Source: Candidatus Hydrogenedentota bacterium | Lineage (GTDB): Bacteria > Hydrogenedentota > Hydrogenedentia > Hydrogenedentales > SLHB01 | Reading direction: 5' to 3' | NCBI GenBank assembly: GCA_963745075.1 | Contig: CAVUWV010000018.1 | Coordinates: 32,001-96,000 of the forward strand | Length of the DNA stretch: 64,000 nt | Shown here: piece by piece, positions 48,334-59,602 of the stretch | How the letters are laid out: each line of letters starts with the position of its first letter | How positions within the stretch are numbered: position 1 is the first letter of the stretch | Translations under genes and position numbers: made by a program | The notes under the pieces: model-generated | Databases searched by the model: none | Seen by the model: the letters and a program-made list of their open reading frames with translations, nothing else | What the model was told of the DNA's origin: nothing

Positions 48334-49044
48334 ATGAATGTCGATGTGTTGTTTGTCGGCGCCCATCCCGACGACGTGGAAGTCGGTGTCGGCGGGCTCG
48401 TCAGTAAACTGGCGCGCGCGGGGCGTAACGTCGGGATTCTCGATTTGACCCGGGGCGAGATGGGGACGCGTGGCACGGTTGAAGATCGCAACGCGGAATC
48501 GACGGAATCGGCGCGTATCCTCAAGGTAGCGCGCCGGGAAAACGCCGGGCTTCCGGACGGAGCCTTGGCGAATACGACGGAATTTCAACGCGCGCTGGTG
48601 CCGTTGCTTCGATCCTTTCGGGCCAAGGTACTGATAGTTCCGCTTAGCAACGACCGGCATCCGGACCACGCCGCCGCGCAGGACCTTGTCCGCGATGGGA
48701 ACTATTTCGCCGGATTGGCCAAGCTGGAAGGGGGCGAACCGCATCGGGCGACGACGGTGTATGGTTACCGCGTGTATGGCGATCCGGAACCGCCCGCAAT
48801 GGTGGTGGACGTATCGGACGATTTTGAGACAAAAATGGAAGCGTTGCGCGCGTATCGCACCCAGTTCTTCAGGCCCGGTCAGCGCGGCGAACCGACCTAT
48901 GTCTCGTCGGAAGCGTTCTGGACGTTTATCCGAACGCGCGCGGAGTACTGGGGAAGCCGCATCGGCGCGGTCTTTGGTGAGCCGTTGTATACGTTGGAAC
49001 CGATCCCGGTGTCCTACCCGCCGGGCTTAGAGGGAAACACATGA
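48334..49044 (+). CDS. bshB1: N-acetyl-alpha-D-glucosaminyl L-malate deacetylase
   Basis: GAHPDDVE, DLTRGEMGTRGT, DRHPDH, AYRTQF. Confidence 0.9.
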   Translation: MNVDVLFVGAHPDDVEVGVGGLVSKLARAGRNVGILDLTRGEMGTRGTVEDRNAESTESARILKVARRENAGLPDGALANTTEFQRALVPLLRSFRAKVLIVPLSNDRHPDHAAAQDLVRDGNYFAGLAKLEGGEPHRATTVYGYRVYGDPEPPAMVVDVSDDFETKMEALRAYRTQFFRPGQRGEPTYVSSEAFWTFIRTRAEYWGSRIGAVFGEPLYTLEPIPVSYPPGLEGNT

Positions 49045-50178
49045 GAATTGGAATAACGTGTCACGCGACGGCCGGCGGGAGCGGCATACTGGCGACGGAA
49101 CTGGGTCTTGCGCTGGCCGCGCGCGGCCACACGATCCATTTTGTCACCTATGAGGCGCCGTTTCGCCTGCAGGGGTTTCACGAAAACGTGTTTGCCCATT
49201 CCGTGGACGTGGTGTCCTATCCCCTCTTTCGCAATCCGCCGTTCTCGTTGGCGTTGGCAACGAAAATCGCGGACGTAGCCGAGGAACACGACATTGAGTT
49301 GTGGCACGCCCACTACGCCATCCCCCACGCCGTTTGCGCTCTACTTGCGCGCGACATGCTGCCGCCGGAAAAGCAGTTCAAGATCGTGACGACGCTGCAC
49401 GGGACGGACATCACGCTGGTCGGTTCCGACCCTTCCTTCTTCCGAATTACCAAGTACGCCATGGAAAGCAGCGACGCGGTTACCGCCGTGTCGAACTGGT
49501 TGAGCGAAGAAACGCGGCGCGAGTTTCAGTTAAAGGTCCCCATACGTACCATTTACAACTTCCTCAACATGGAAAAGTTCAAGGCGTCGCACGCGGAACG
49601 CTGCAAACTGGCCGAGAAGAACGAAAAGATCGTCATGCACATCTCGAACTTCCGTCCCGTAAAGCGGGTGACAGATGTGGTGCGAGCGTTCAAGAAAGAT
49701 CGCGGACCATATTCCCGCGCGGTTGATCATGCTGGGCGACGGTCCTGAACGCATGTCTGCCGTGGGAGTGGCCAAACAGCTCGGAATCACCGACAAGATC
49801 AAGTATCTCGGGAACCATGAGAGCATCGAGTCCTTGATCCCCTGTGCGGACCTCATTATCCAGCCGAGTGAACACGAAAGTTTCGGGTTGGTGCCGCTGG
49901 AGGCGATGGCCTGTGAAGTGCCCATCATAGGAACGGACAGCGGCGGCGTCCGAGAAGTTGTCGAAAACGGGGTTTCGGGGTATCTTTGTGAAGTCGGCGA
50001 CACGGATGCCATGGCGGCACGGGCGATCGAGATCCTGACCAATCCGGAACGGGCACGGGAAATGGGACGCCGCGGGCGGGAGCGGGCGGTTAAATGCTTC
50101 TCGGAACGGGCGATCATCGGCCATTATGAGGCATTGTATGCCCAGTTGGCGGGGATTCCCACGGCGTTGGCAAAGTAG
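49041..50178 (+). CDS. bshA: N-acetyl-alpha-D-glucosaminyl L-malate synthase; +1 frameshift near 49696
   Basis: MRIGITC..GGSG..ATELG, HAHYAIPHA, TTLHGTDITLVG, HISNFRPVKR; GDGP and ESFGL..LEAMAC lie in a second frame. Confidence 0.93.
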
Positions 50179-50404
50179 TAAACCGGGCGCAAAACGTCTA
50201 CAAAACCTTACGTGCCACGTGGCCTGTATGGTGCGGACGGCGGGTACTTTCTCCGAATTGCAACCTTGGAGCCTCGGGCGGCATAATAACAGTAACTTCA
50301 TTTGCATAATAGAGTTGCGCTTATTGTAAACTCTCCTTAACCTTAAAACGCAGCGATCACGGTTAACAACCTTGCTTTCGTTATTACGAAGGGAGATCCC
50401 GCAT

Positions 50405-51220
50405 ATGAGACGGCTTCTACTGCTCGGGGCGTGCTTGGCGATCGTCCTTGCGATCGTCGCCGGATTGGCCATAGCACAGGAGGCGCCAGGCAATGGTGCG
50501 CCCGCGGCCGGAGACCAAGCGGCCACGACCCAAGGAGGGAACGAGCAGCCGGATGGGGTGGCTCCAAACGCGGCGGCGACGCCGGGAGCGCTGAAGGAAC
50601 TCACGATGTGGGACATGATAGTCGAGGGCGGACCGATCCTGGCCATCATCGTGGCGTTGAGTGTGGCGGCGGTGATCATGGTTGTGTACTGCTTTCTCAC
50701 GGTAACGCCGCGGCGCGAGGTTCCGGCGTTGTTCATCAAACGAGCACACAGCCAAATCCGCGCCGGGGATTTACGCGGCGCATACCAGATGTGCGAGAAC
50801 CGGGATGAACTCATCGCGAACGTGCTTCGCGCCGGCTTGAAGATGCACGGACACGACCGGTACGTCATCCAGGAAGCAATGGAGAGCGAAGGCGAGCGCG
50901 GCTCGGCGGCGTTGTGGCAGAAGATTTCGTATCTGAACAACATCGCCACGATCGCCCCGCTTCTGGGACTGTTGGGCACGGTATGGGGCATGATTGGGGC
51001 ATTCACGGCGATGGCGCTGAACGACAGCGAAGCCCGCAGTCTGGCGATGGCATACAACGTGGCGCAGGCCATGATCACGACGGCGGCGGGGCTCATGCTG
51101 GCTATCCCCTGCATGGTGGTCTACTACTACCTTCGCGGCCGCGTCGTGAAAATCGTGGCCGAGGTCGAGGCGCAAGCCAGCGAATTCATTGAATTGCTCG
51201 CCGGAGGGCCCGACCGATGA
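50405..51220 (+). CDS. exbB: MotA/TolQ/ExbB proton-channel protein with N-terminal signal/extension
   Basis: IAPLLGLLGTVWGMI..F, AMITTAAGLMLAIP. Confidence 0.92.
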   Translation: MRRLLLLGACLAIVLAIVAGLAIAQEAPGNGAPAAGDQAATTQGGNEQPDGVAPNAAATPGALKELTMWDMIVEGGPILAIIVALSVAAVIMVVYCFLTVTPRREVPALFIKRAHSQIRAGDLRGAYQMCENRDELIANVLRAGLKMHGHDRYVIQEAMESEGERGSAALWQKISYLNNIATIAPLLGLLGTVWGMIGAFTAMALNDSEARSLAMAYNVAQAMITTAAGLMLAIPCMVVYYYLRGRVVKIVAEVEAQASEFIELLAGGPDR

Positions 51221-51645
51221 AGTTCGGGAGACAGGGTTACGAGTCGGAGGACACGATCCAGCTTGCGCCGCTTATCGACATCGTGTTTTTGACGCTCGTC
51301 TTTTTCATTACGACGGCGGTGTACACCTCGATGGAGAGCGAAGTCGATATTTCGTTGCCGACGGCGAATTCGGCGGTCCCCAGCGAACGAACGCGCGGAG
51401 AGATTATCATCAATCTGCGGGACGACGGGCAGATCGTGCTCAACAACCGCGAACTGAGCATTCCCGAGTTGCAAGACGTGCTGAACCGGGTCGCGGAAAA
51501 CTTCCCGGGTGGGGCGGTTATCGTCCGAGGCGACGGGGAAGCGCATCTTGGGCGGGCTATCGCGATTCTGAACTGTTGTCGAAACGCGGATATCCAGAAC
51601 GTATCGTTCGCCGCGCTTACCGAGGAATCTAAAGGACCCCAATGA
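51217..51645 (+). CDS. exbD: ExbD/TolR protein
   Basis: LAPLIDIVFLTLVFF, SLPTA, VIVRGD; ATGA overlap with exbB. Confidence 0.92.
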   Translation: MKFGRQGYESEDTIQLAPLIDIVFLTLVFFITTAVYTSMESEVDISLPTANSAVPSERTRGEIIINLRDDGQIVLNNRELSIPELQDVLNRVAENFPGGAVIVRGDGEAHLGRAIAILNCCRNADIQNVSFAALTEESKGPQ

Positions 51646-51646
51646 C

Positions 51647-53990
51647 ATGCGCTTTCACCGCGTAGCAGAGTTCACGTTGCGCGCCGGGCTTTCAGTCTTT
51701 CTGTGCATCCTCGCCGTGGCCGAAGCGCCGGATCAGGGGCAAATCGATCTGGCCAACGGGCTCTTCGAGCGGGGCTATTTCAAGATGGCCGCCGACGCGT
51801 ATCGGGACTACGTCGAGAAGTTCCCGGACGGACCGCATTTCAATGAAGCGTTGTATCGCCTCGGCGAAAGTGAATACAGCGCGGGCAACTATCAAGCAGC
51901 GCTGGATGCGCTCGATCGCGCGTTGAAGGCCAATCTCGATCCGGCCACGCAGCAGCGGGCGCGGATGCGGAGAGGCGAACTGCTGTACCGGTTGGGCCGT
52001 CTCGACGAGGCGTCGGAAGCGCTGATGTCGCTCGCCGGAGAGGAGACGCCGGCCGAGATCCGGGCGGGGGCTTTGTATTATCTGGGGAAACTGCATTTCG
52101 ACAACAAACAATACGACACGGCGGTCGCGAGCTTTCAGAAACTGATCGACGGATTGCCGGACAGTCCGTTGGTTCCTTACGCGCGCTATCAGTTGGCGTT
52201 GGTGGATCTGGCGCGCAACGATTTCGAGAATGCCGCGATTGAATTCTCGGCGGTCGCCGATTCTAAAGTGGACGAGTCGCTTCGGGTGGAAAGCCGGTTT
52301 CAGGCCGCCGAGACCTACGACCGGATCGGCTGGCATGATGCGGCTCAGTCGGCGTACAAGGAACTCATCGACCAGTTCCCGGACTCGAACTACGCGGAAC
52401 GCGCGTCGTATGGATACGCATGGGCGTTGTACCGGGCGGGCAACTTTGGCCAGGCGGAAAGTGCCGCAACCGACTTCGTCAAGAAGTATCCGGATTCCAA
52501 GTCCGTTCCGGGCATTGCAATATTTCAAGCGAATTGCCAGCAGCAACAGCAACAGTACGACAAGGCGATTGAAGGATACCGGGCCATTCAAAAGGCCTAT
52601 CCTGATTCGCCCTTTGCGGCGCGGGCGCAATACAAAGTCGCGTGGACGCTCTACCTGAAGGGCGATACGGAGGGCGCGAAGAACGAGGTGTCCCGTTTCC
52701 TGGATACGTACAAGGACGCCTCGCTGATCGGGGACGCGGCATTTCTTCGGGAACGATACTCGCCTCGGAGAACAACTGGGAGGACGCGTACGAAGAGTTC
52801 CGGCTTGTCGCGGAGAAGTACGTGAACAGCGAGTTCGCGCCGGAAGCCTTGTACAAGATGGGCGAGGCCCTGGCCCAATTGGGCCGGACGGACGAAGCGG
52901 CCACGGTCTTCTCGACCTTCGCGGACAAGTATCCGGACAACCCGCTCGCCTCGGAGGCGGTGTTGCGGATCGGCGATGCCGACTTTTATGGCGCCAAGTT
53001 CAAAGATGCCATCGCAAACTACCAGCGCATTCTTGAAGGAAATCCGGATCCTGCCAAAGAAGAGAACGCGCTGTATCGCATGGCGTATGCGTACTACAAC
53101 ATCCAGGACTACAAATCCTGCGCGGACACCTTTCAACAGCTGGTGGAGAAATATCCGGAGACGTCGCATCGCGCCGAGGCGTACCTTCGTATCGGGGATT
53201 ACCTGAGGGAAAGCGGCGACGATGCCGTGCATGCCATCGAGGCGTACCAGAAGCGACTGGATACGGAGCCCAAGGGCCCGTATGCGGGACGGGCGTTGCG
53301 CGGGCTGGCGCTGGCACGTCTGGCGACAAACGATTTGGACGGCGCGGCAGAGGGGATGTACCGCGTGATCGCTGAGTTTCCCGATACGAAGTTAAACGAG
53401 AAGGCGTATCTGTGGCTCGGTCAGTATTCATTCGACCAGGGCAAATGGGAACAGGCCGCGACAGTTCTGGAAGCGTTGTTGACGGCGTTCCCGGACTATC
53501 CGAATCCCGAACGCGTGCGCCTCAAGATCGGGGAGTGCAGCGAGAAGAAGGGAGATACGGAACATGCGATCAGCTGTACGATGCCGTAATGCAAGGCGCT
53601 CCGCAAAGCAGTTCGGCCCAGGACGCGCGGTACAAGATGGCGCAGTTGTACGAGTCGAAGAAGAAGATGGACAAGGCGATCGAGTTGTACGAGCAGGTTG
53701 CTAACACGAATGCGGGCGACACTGCGGCGCGGGCGCGCTTTCATCTCGGCGAGATTTATGAGGCGAAAGGCGATTGCGACAGCGCCGCGCGCAGTTACAT
53801 GCAGGTTGCGATTCTGTTTCTCCACCCCGAACTTTCGCCGGAATCGCTCTGGCGCGCCGGGCAGTGTTTTGAGACAATGGGGTCAGTCGATCGGGCCAAG
53901 CGGGCTTACCAGGAAATCCTGAGCGATTTTCCGGAGAGCGAACAGGCGGGCAAGGCAAAGCAGCGGCTCGACGAATTGGGGCAGCCATGA
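51647..53990 (+). CDS. Large exported TPR-repeat protein (about 780 aa); frameshifts near 52750 and 53575
   Basis: Signal peptide, then continuous TPRs of the type ..FPDS..A..A.Y.LG across three overlapping ORFs. Confidence 0.85.
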
Positions 53991-55774
53991 CGACCGTGAG
54001 TAAACGGAAATTGCTTGTCATCAGCGTGTTGATCTCGCTGGGGCTGCATGGTCTGCTGATCGCGGTGTCGCCGCAAGTTCAGGTACTGGCGCGTACGGAG
54101 TCTCCGGAAAATCTGCTGCGCGCCTTTCATGTGCGACTCATCGACGAGAAGGAATTGCAGCAAGTGGAACCGGAAGACGGGGGCACCGGTACACTCGGCA
54201 CCAGGCCCGGGTCCATTACGGATCAGCCCATTGAGAATCCGGAATCCCTCACGCCGGACGAATCCCTCCTCAAGCAGACGGTCACGATCCCGCAACTTGC
54301 AGAGCGTCTGGTCAATGACACCACGCCGGAGTCGGGCGATGTGGCGCCGACGGACGACGTCCTCAAGGCGTTGGACGCGAAGATCGTCGAGATATCCGAG
54401 AACGTTGCCCGGCAGGACATTCAGGTGACCCGGCGGCTCGTGGCCCCGAGTTCGACGCGCATCATCGGTGAAGGCGAAATGCCGACGTTCCGCGGCGCGG
54501 GCAGTACTTCGGAACCGGAGGAGGCGTTGCTCATCAATCCTCTGCCGCCCCGTCCCGTACTCCCGATTCCTGGCGCCCCCGGCGGCGAATCCGGTGAAGC
54601 TGGAACGTCGAGAGACGGCATCTACCCCACCATGGGAATCCGACGGCGAAACGCGGGGCGAAAATGACTTACCCGCGCTTCCGGAGCTTCCCATCGAGAA
54701 GTTGATGGCACGGGCGCCGGTAACGCAAGCGATTGAACGTGAGCGAAAGTATGAGTCCATCGACGACGTGGTGGCGATGCATTTGGATGCGTACGTGCCT
54801 CCCGGCGAACGTACGGGGTATTTCCGCCTGCGAATCGTGCCCAAGGAAGGCGAGTCCATAGCACCGCTTCCCAAAGATATTACGTTCATCATCGACGCGT
54901 CGAACAGCATCCTGCAGCGCAAACTCGACCAGACGGTGGCGGGCGTTCGTGATTGCATTGCATCATTGCGTCCCGAAGATCGATTTAATGTCGTGATTTT
55001 CCGGGACACGCCGACGCTGTTTCATCCTTCCCTTACGTTCGCGACGGACGAGCGAAGCAGGCGGCCCGGGAGTTTCTGGCCAACGTGGAGTCTCGCGGCG
55101 AGACCAACGTATACAGTGGAATTCTTCCGGTCATCTCGGAACCGCCGCGACAGGGTGTTCCCGGAATCGCGCTGGTGCTTTCCGACGGCAAACCGACGAC
55201 CGGAATCAAGGACGGCCGGACGCTGATCAATGCGTTAACGGCGGAGAATTCCCAGCACTACAGCATCTACGCGTTTGCCGGCGGACGAACCATCAATCAG
55301 CACATGCTGGATTTGCTGGCGTACCGGAATCGCGGTGAAGCGGCGTTCACCCCGCAACTCGACGCGATTGGCAAAGAGCTGCCGCAGTTCTTCTCCAATT
55401 TGAACGATCCCATCCTGGTCGATTGTGCTGCGGACTTTGGCGGCATCAGCGAAAACTCGGTCTTCCCGAAACAGTTCCCGGACTTCTATCGCGGCCAGGC
55501 ATTTACGGTATACGGACAATTCGATCCGACCCGCGATCGCGAATTTGCGGTGCGCTTGACGGGGGATGCCGGCACGGAAAAGAAGGAAGTTATCTTTCGT
55601 GCGGATTTGACGGAAGCGGCGCACGGCGACCGGGACATCGCCCGGAACTGGGCCTTTCGCAAAATCTACTTTCTCATCGGGGAAATGACGCGCTTGGGTG
55701 AAACACCGGAGCTGCTCACGGAACTGCACACGCTTGCCCGGCAATACAATATCCGCACGAGCTACGATGAGTAA
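53987..55774 (+). CDS. Membrane-anchored vWA protein with a TonB/TolA-like SxxxH TM helix; frameshifts near 54565 and 55051
   Basis: KRK-LLVISVLISLGLHGLLIAV; Pro/acidic linker; FIIDASNS (MIDAS), DRFNVVIF, GETN, LSDGKPT. Confidence 0.8.
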
Positions 55775-57494
55775 TCCGGAACCCTTCGAAGGCCTCCCCC
55801 CCACTTTGCTCTTTCCGACGCGTCGGTGGCCTCACCCGTGGTGAAGGCATCGCACCTGCATCACCTGTGCACGACACGGGACACCAGGTTATCCCGGTGC
55901 TTGAATGAAATCTACGGGGCGGAGCCCGCACTTATTGAAGAGCGGTCTCGACTGCTGGAACGAATTCTCTCCATGTTTCTTGAGCGTTACGGAGACGATG
56001 CCGTTCGCGTGTTTCGCTGTCCGGGCCGGATCAATTTGCGGGGCATGCACGTGGACACCCACGGCGGTTACCTTAATTTGATGACGCACCAGCGGGAGGT
56101 TTTGATCGTCCTCTCCCCCACCGACGATGCGACGTTTCGCATCTGCAATGTTGAACCGCAATTCGAACCGGTAACGTTCGACGGAGCGCAGTGGCATTCG
56201 CGTCGACGCATTTGAGAAGGACTGGCACGCATTCATTACGGACCCTGCCGTCCAGACGCCGGTATTGCAGCGCCGCGGCCACTGGGGGAACTACCTCGAA
56301 GGCTGCGTGGCGCGCGTACAGCACCATTGGCGGGACACGCGCTTTACCGGGTTCAACGCGGTGGTCGGAAGCGATCTCCCCCGTGGCGCGGCGTTGAGTT
56401 CTTCTACGGCCCTGTCCATGGTGTTCATCAAGGCCATGACCGCGTGCAATGCTTGCGCCGTGGATGACGCATTGCTGATTCGCCTGGGCAAAGAGGCCGA
56501 ATGGTATACCGGCGCGCGGGGTGGCATGAGCGATCAGGCCGCCATGGTTCTCGGCAACCGCGATGAGCTCGTCAACATCGCAATTCATCCTGACGATTTG
56601 GATGTGTCGGGCGCTCGGCGCGTCGAATTCCCCGATGTACTGGATGTCCTCGTCATTGACTCGCAGACCGAGCGTAGTCTGAGCGGTGCGCAACTGGTGG
56701 AGTATACGCGGAATCGGTTCGCGTACTCGTTGGCGATGGAGATTCTGCGTCAGGAATTCATGGAGATGGGGTTGGCCGAAGGGACGGTGCGCGGCATTCG
56801 CTACCTATCGGACTTGGGGGCGACTCATCTCAACCGCTTTGGCGGCGCGCGCTTTCTTTATGAGTGTCTTCGGCGCATTCCGGAAACAATTGCAATCGAC
56901 GAGCTGAAAGGCCGGTACGAATTGCCGCAGCTTGACAAGGTCTATGAACAGTACTTTGGAACTGCGCCTGTAGAACTACGTCCCAAACAAATCGGGCTGC
57001 GAGGGCCATTGCTTTTCGGCATTGCGGAGTCGGAGCGCGCGCGGGCCTTTCCGGACTTGTTACGTGATGGTGCATACAATCGTGCGGGTGCATTGATGAC
57101 GCTCGGCCACGATGGTGACCGGCGCGTTACGGCGGATGGGGCACCGTACCGGTTCGACGTCAGCGATGAGGCGCTCAAGGGACTGGCTTCGGAAGAGGCT
57201 CCTATCGAAGATTGTCCGGGCGTCTACGGCGCGAGCAGCGTTGCCTTGGACGGGATCGTCGACACCGCGCTGGCAGCGGGGGCGCTGGGCGCGTCGTTGA
57301 CCGGCGGCGGCATTGCGGGAACAGTGCTTGCGCTGTGCATTTCCCGGGATTCCGAGCGCGTCTGCGAGGCGGTCCAAGGGTTAATTGGATCGGAGGATTA
57401 CGGTCGTCTTGCAGGGTTGGCAGAATCGAACCGGTCTAATGCGGTCGTTGTGAATCGCGCGGTGGCTCCGTTGGGAGAGATCGTTTTGGGGTAG
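55767..57494 (+). CDS. Galactokinase-like GHMP sugar kinase; probable frameshifts near 55800 and 56195
   Basis: PGRINLRGMHVD, WGNYLEG, PRGAALSSS, GGMSDQ, GASLTGGGIAG. Confidence 0.8.
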
Positions 57495-57508
57495 CCCGGG
57501 TTCTCCGC

Positions 57509-58846
57509 TCATTCGGGGGAATGGTGTTTCCTGTGGTGCGTTTCACGAAAGGCCTTGATGTGGACGGCGGGATCCCCCGTGATCAGGCGGGCTTTTCGGG
57601 AGTGACGCAGGAAGTCCCAGAGCCAGGTCCCCATGACGAGTAGGCGGTTGCCAAATCCGACCAGAAAGAACACGTGCACGAGACTCCAGACGATCCAGCC
57701 GATGAAACCACTGACGTGGGTGTTTCCAAATGCCGCGATGGCACGGCCGCGGCCGATCACGGCCATGGAGCCTTTGTCGTTGTAGTGGAAGGCAGGACGT
57801 TTGCCGGGCGACGCTGTGGACAGTTCCCGCCGGATGACGTTCGCGGCGAAGCGGCCCATCTGAATCGCGGCCTGGGCCACGCCGGGCACGGGTTGTCCCG
57901 TATCCGGATTGGTGACGGCGGCGGCGTCCCCCACGACGAAGACTTCGGGGTGATTGGGGATCGAGAGGTCCGGGTTCACGAGTACGCGGCCCTTCTTGTC
58001 CAATTCGACGCCCAAGGTTTTGGCTACCGCGGGGCCCTGGACACCGGTTGCCCAGAAGACGTTTTCGGCCGGAACCTGCCGGTCACCAACGTATACCCCT
58101 TCATGGTCGACGCGGGTGACTCTGCTCTCGAGTAAGATTTCGACACCCATATCCTCCAAGGCCTGTTGCGCCTTTCGCGCCAAATCCTCAGGCATCGTTT
58201 CAACCAGCCGGGAGCCGCTGTGCACGAGAACAACGCGAGCGGTGCTGGGGTCGATAGCGCGGAAGTCCTTGGGAAGCGTCTTCGACGCGACATCCTTGAT
58301 GGCGCCGGCGAGTTCAACACCAGTCGGACCGCCGCCCACGATGACGAAGGTCAGTTTGGCGCGCCGTTCCTCTTCGTCGGCCTCCCACTCGGCCTCTTCG
58401 AACGCGAGCAGCATGCGGCGGCGAATGCCCAGGGCGTCATCGATGGTTTTCAGTCCCTGGGCATACATTCGGAAGTCGTCGTGACCGAAGTAGGACTGCT
58501 CCATTCCGACGGCCAATATGAGGTAGTCGTATTCGACCGTACCACCGTCGATCGTAAGCGAGCGCTTCTCGAGGTCGACGTGGGCGACATCCCCCAGGGC
58601 AACACGAACGTCTTTTTGGCGGTCCAACGTCTTTCGCAAAGGCGCAGCGATGTTGTTGGGCGCCAACTCCGCGGTGGCGACTTGGTACAGGAGGGGTTGG
58701 AATAGATGGTAGTTGTGGCGGTCGATGAGCAGGACTTGGGCGTCCGCGCCGTCCAGAGTCCGGACGGCATTGAGACCGCCGAACCCGCCACCCACGACGA
58801 CGACCAAGGGGCGGTCGTCGTTATCGTCGAGAAGATGCGATATCAT
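57509..58846 (-). CDS. ndh: Type II NADH dehydrogenase
   Basis: GGGFGG, HLFQPLLYQVATA, IVGGGPTGVELAG, WATGV, VGD, YNDKGSMA.IGR. Confidence 0.92.
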   Translation of the reverse strand: MISHLLDDNDDRPLVVVVGGGFGGLNAVRTLDGADAQVLLIDRHNYHLFQPLLYQVATAELAPNNIAAPLRKTLDRQKDVRVALGDVAHVDLEKRSLTIDGGTVEYDYLILAVGMEQSYFGHDDFRMYAQGLKTIDDALGIRRRMLLAFEEAEWEADEEERRAKLTFVIVGGGPTGVELAGAIKDVASKTLPKDFRAIDPSTARVVLVHSGSRLVETMPEDLARKAQQALEDMGVEILLESRVTRVDHEGVYVGDRQVPAENVFWATGVQGPAVAKTLGVELDKKGRVLVNPDLSIPNHPEVFVVGDAAAVTNPDTGQPVPGVAQAAIQMGRFAANVIRRELSTASPGKRPAFHYNDKGSMAVIGRGRAIAAFGNTHVSGFIGWIVWSLVHVFFLVGFGNRLLVMGTWLWDFLRHSRKARLITGDPAVHIKAFRETHHRKHHSPE

Positions 58847-58937
58847 CGATAATCCTGTCGCGCGTTCGAGCGAGTTCGTTCGGAATCAAAACTGCTGGGT
58901 TTTCGCAAGAGGGACCATCATGCGTCGAGGGCTTGGG

Positions 58938-59390
58938 CTAAAACAGGACGGGCAGTGTCCCCATGTTTTCGAGGATTTCATTGTCCGATGCGGCCGGATC
59001 CTCGGAGGAACGCACGATTAGGTCCCGAAGGTATTCGAAGGAACGGTTTTCAATTCCCGTGATCTCGAGGGCCATCCCTTGCGCCGTAATCCGGGCAACC
59101 GTGCACCGGGTGGACACCGATTTCAGGGGTTCGATCTCAAAGGTCGCAAGACATGAGGACCCGCCAGGCATGGGGTCATCGGTCTCGACAAACATGCCAA
59201 CGATAGAGAGATCGCGCACAACGGCGGCGATGACCTTGCCCTCGCCAAAGGTCAATTGTGCCGGAAGGCTGAACGACGACCGCGCATACCTGCGACGATT
59301 CTTACCCACTGGTCGTGAGACTCCTGATTCCGATGCGTTGGCCCAACGGCTACCATTCGCGAGTATTACTGGAAATCGCGCGCGTTTCAA
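58938..59390 (-). CDS. PilZ-domain protein (start uncertain)
   Basis: RRYAR (RxxxR) and DLSIVG (DxSxxG). Confidence 0.8.
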   Translation of the reverse strand: MKRARFPVILANGSRWANASESGVSRPVGKNRRRYARSSFSLPAQLTFGEGKVIAAVVRDLSIVGMFVETDDPMPGGSSCLATFEIEPLKSVSTRCTVARITAQGMALEITGIENRSFEYLRDLIVRSSEDPAASDNEILENMGTLPVLF

Positions 59391-59602
59391 GTAGTGGACG
59401 TCGCCGTCACAGCCGGGCGGAGCCGTCCGGAGACGGGAGGCTGGAAGCGCTGTGTGCCGGATGCTAATCTTACGCTGGTGCGTTAAACGACGTTTGGATT
59501 CTACCGGATCGCGCGGAATCCGGCGGTGGAGTCCTGTAATCTCAATTCCGGAGGGGAGAAGGCCGAAGCTTTCGACCCATTCGCGTTTTGGAGGAGTGAA
59601 CC

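Noticed and set aside
49685..49705. Programmed ribosomal frameshift in bshA
   Set aside because: No canonical slippery heptamer, and similar 1-bp indels occur throughout the window.
50280..50340. Fur box upstream of exbB
   Set aside because: AT-rich, but a poor match to GATAATGATAATCATTATC.
49690..51114. 474-aa minus-strand ORF
   Set aside because: Antisense to bshA and exbB; its composition is not protein-like.
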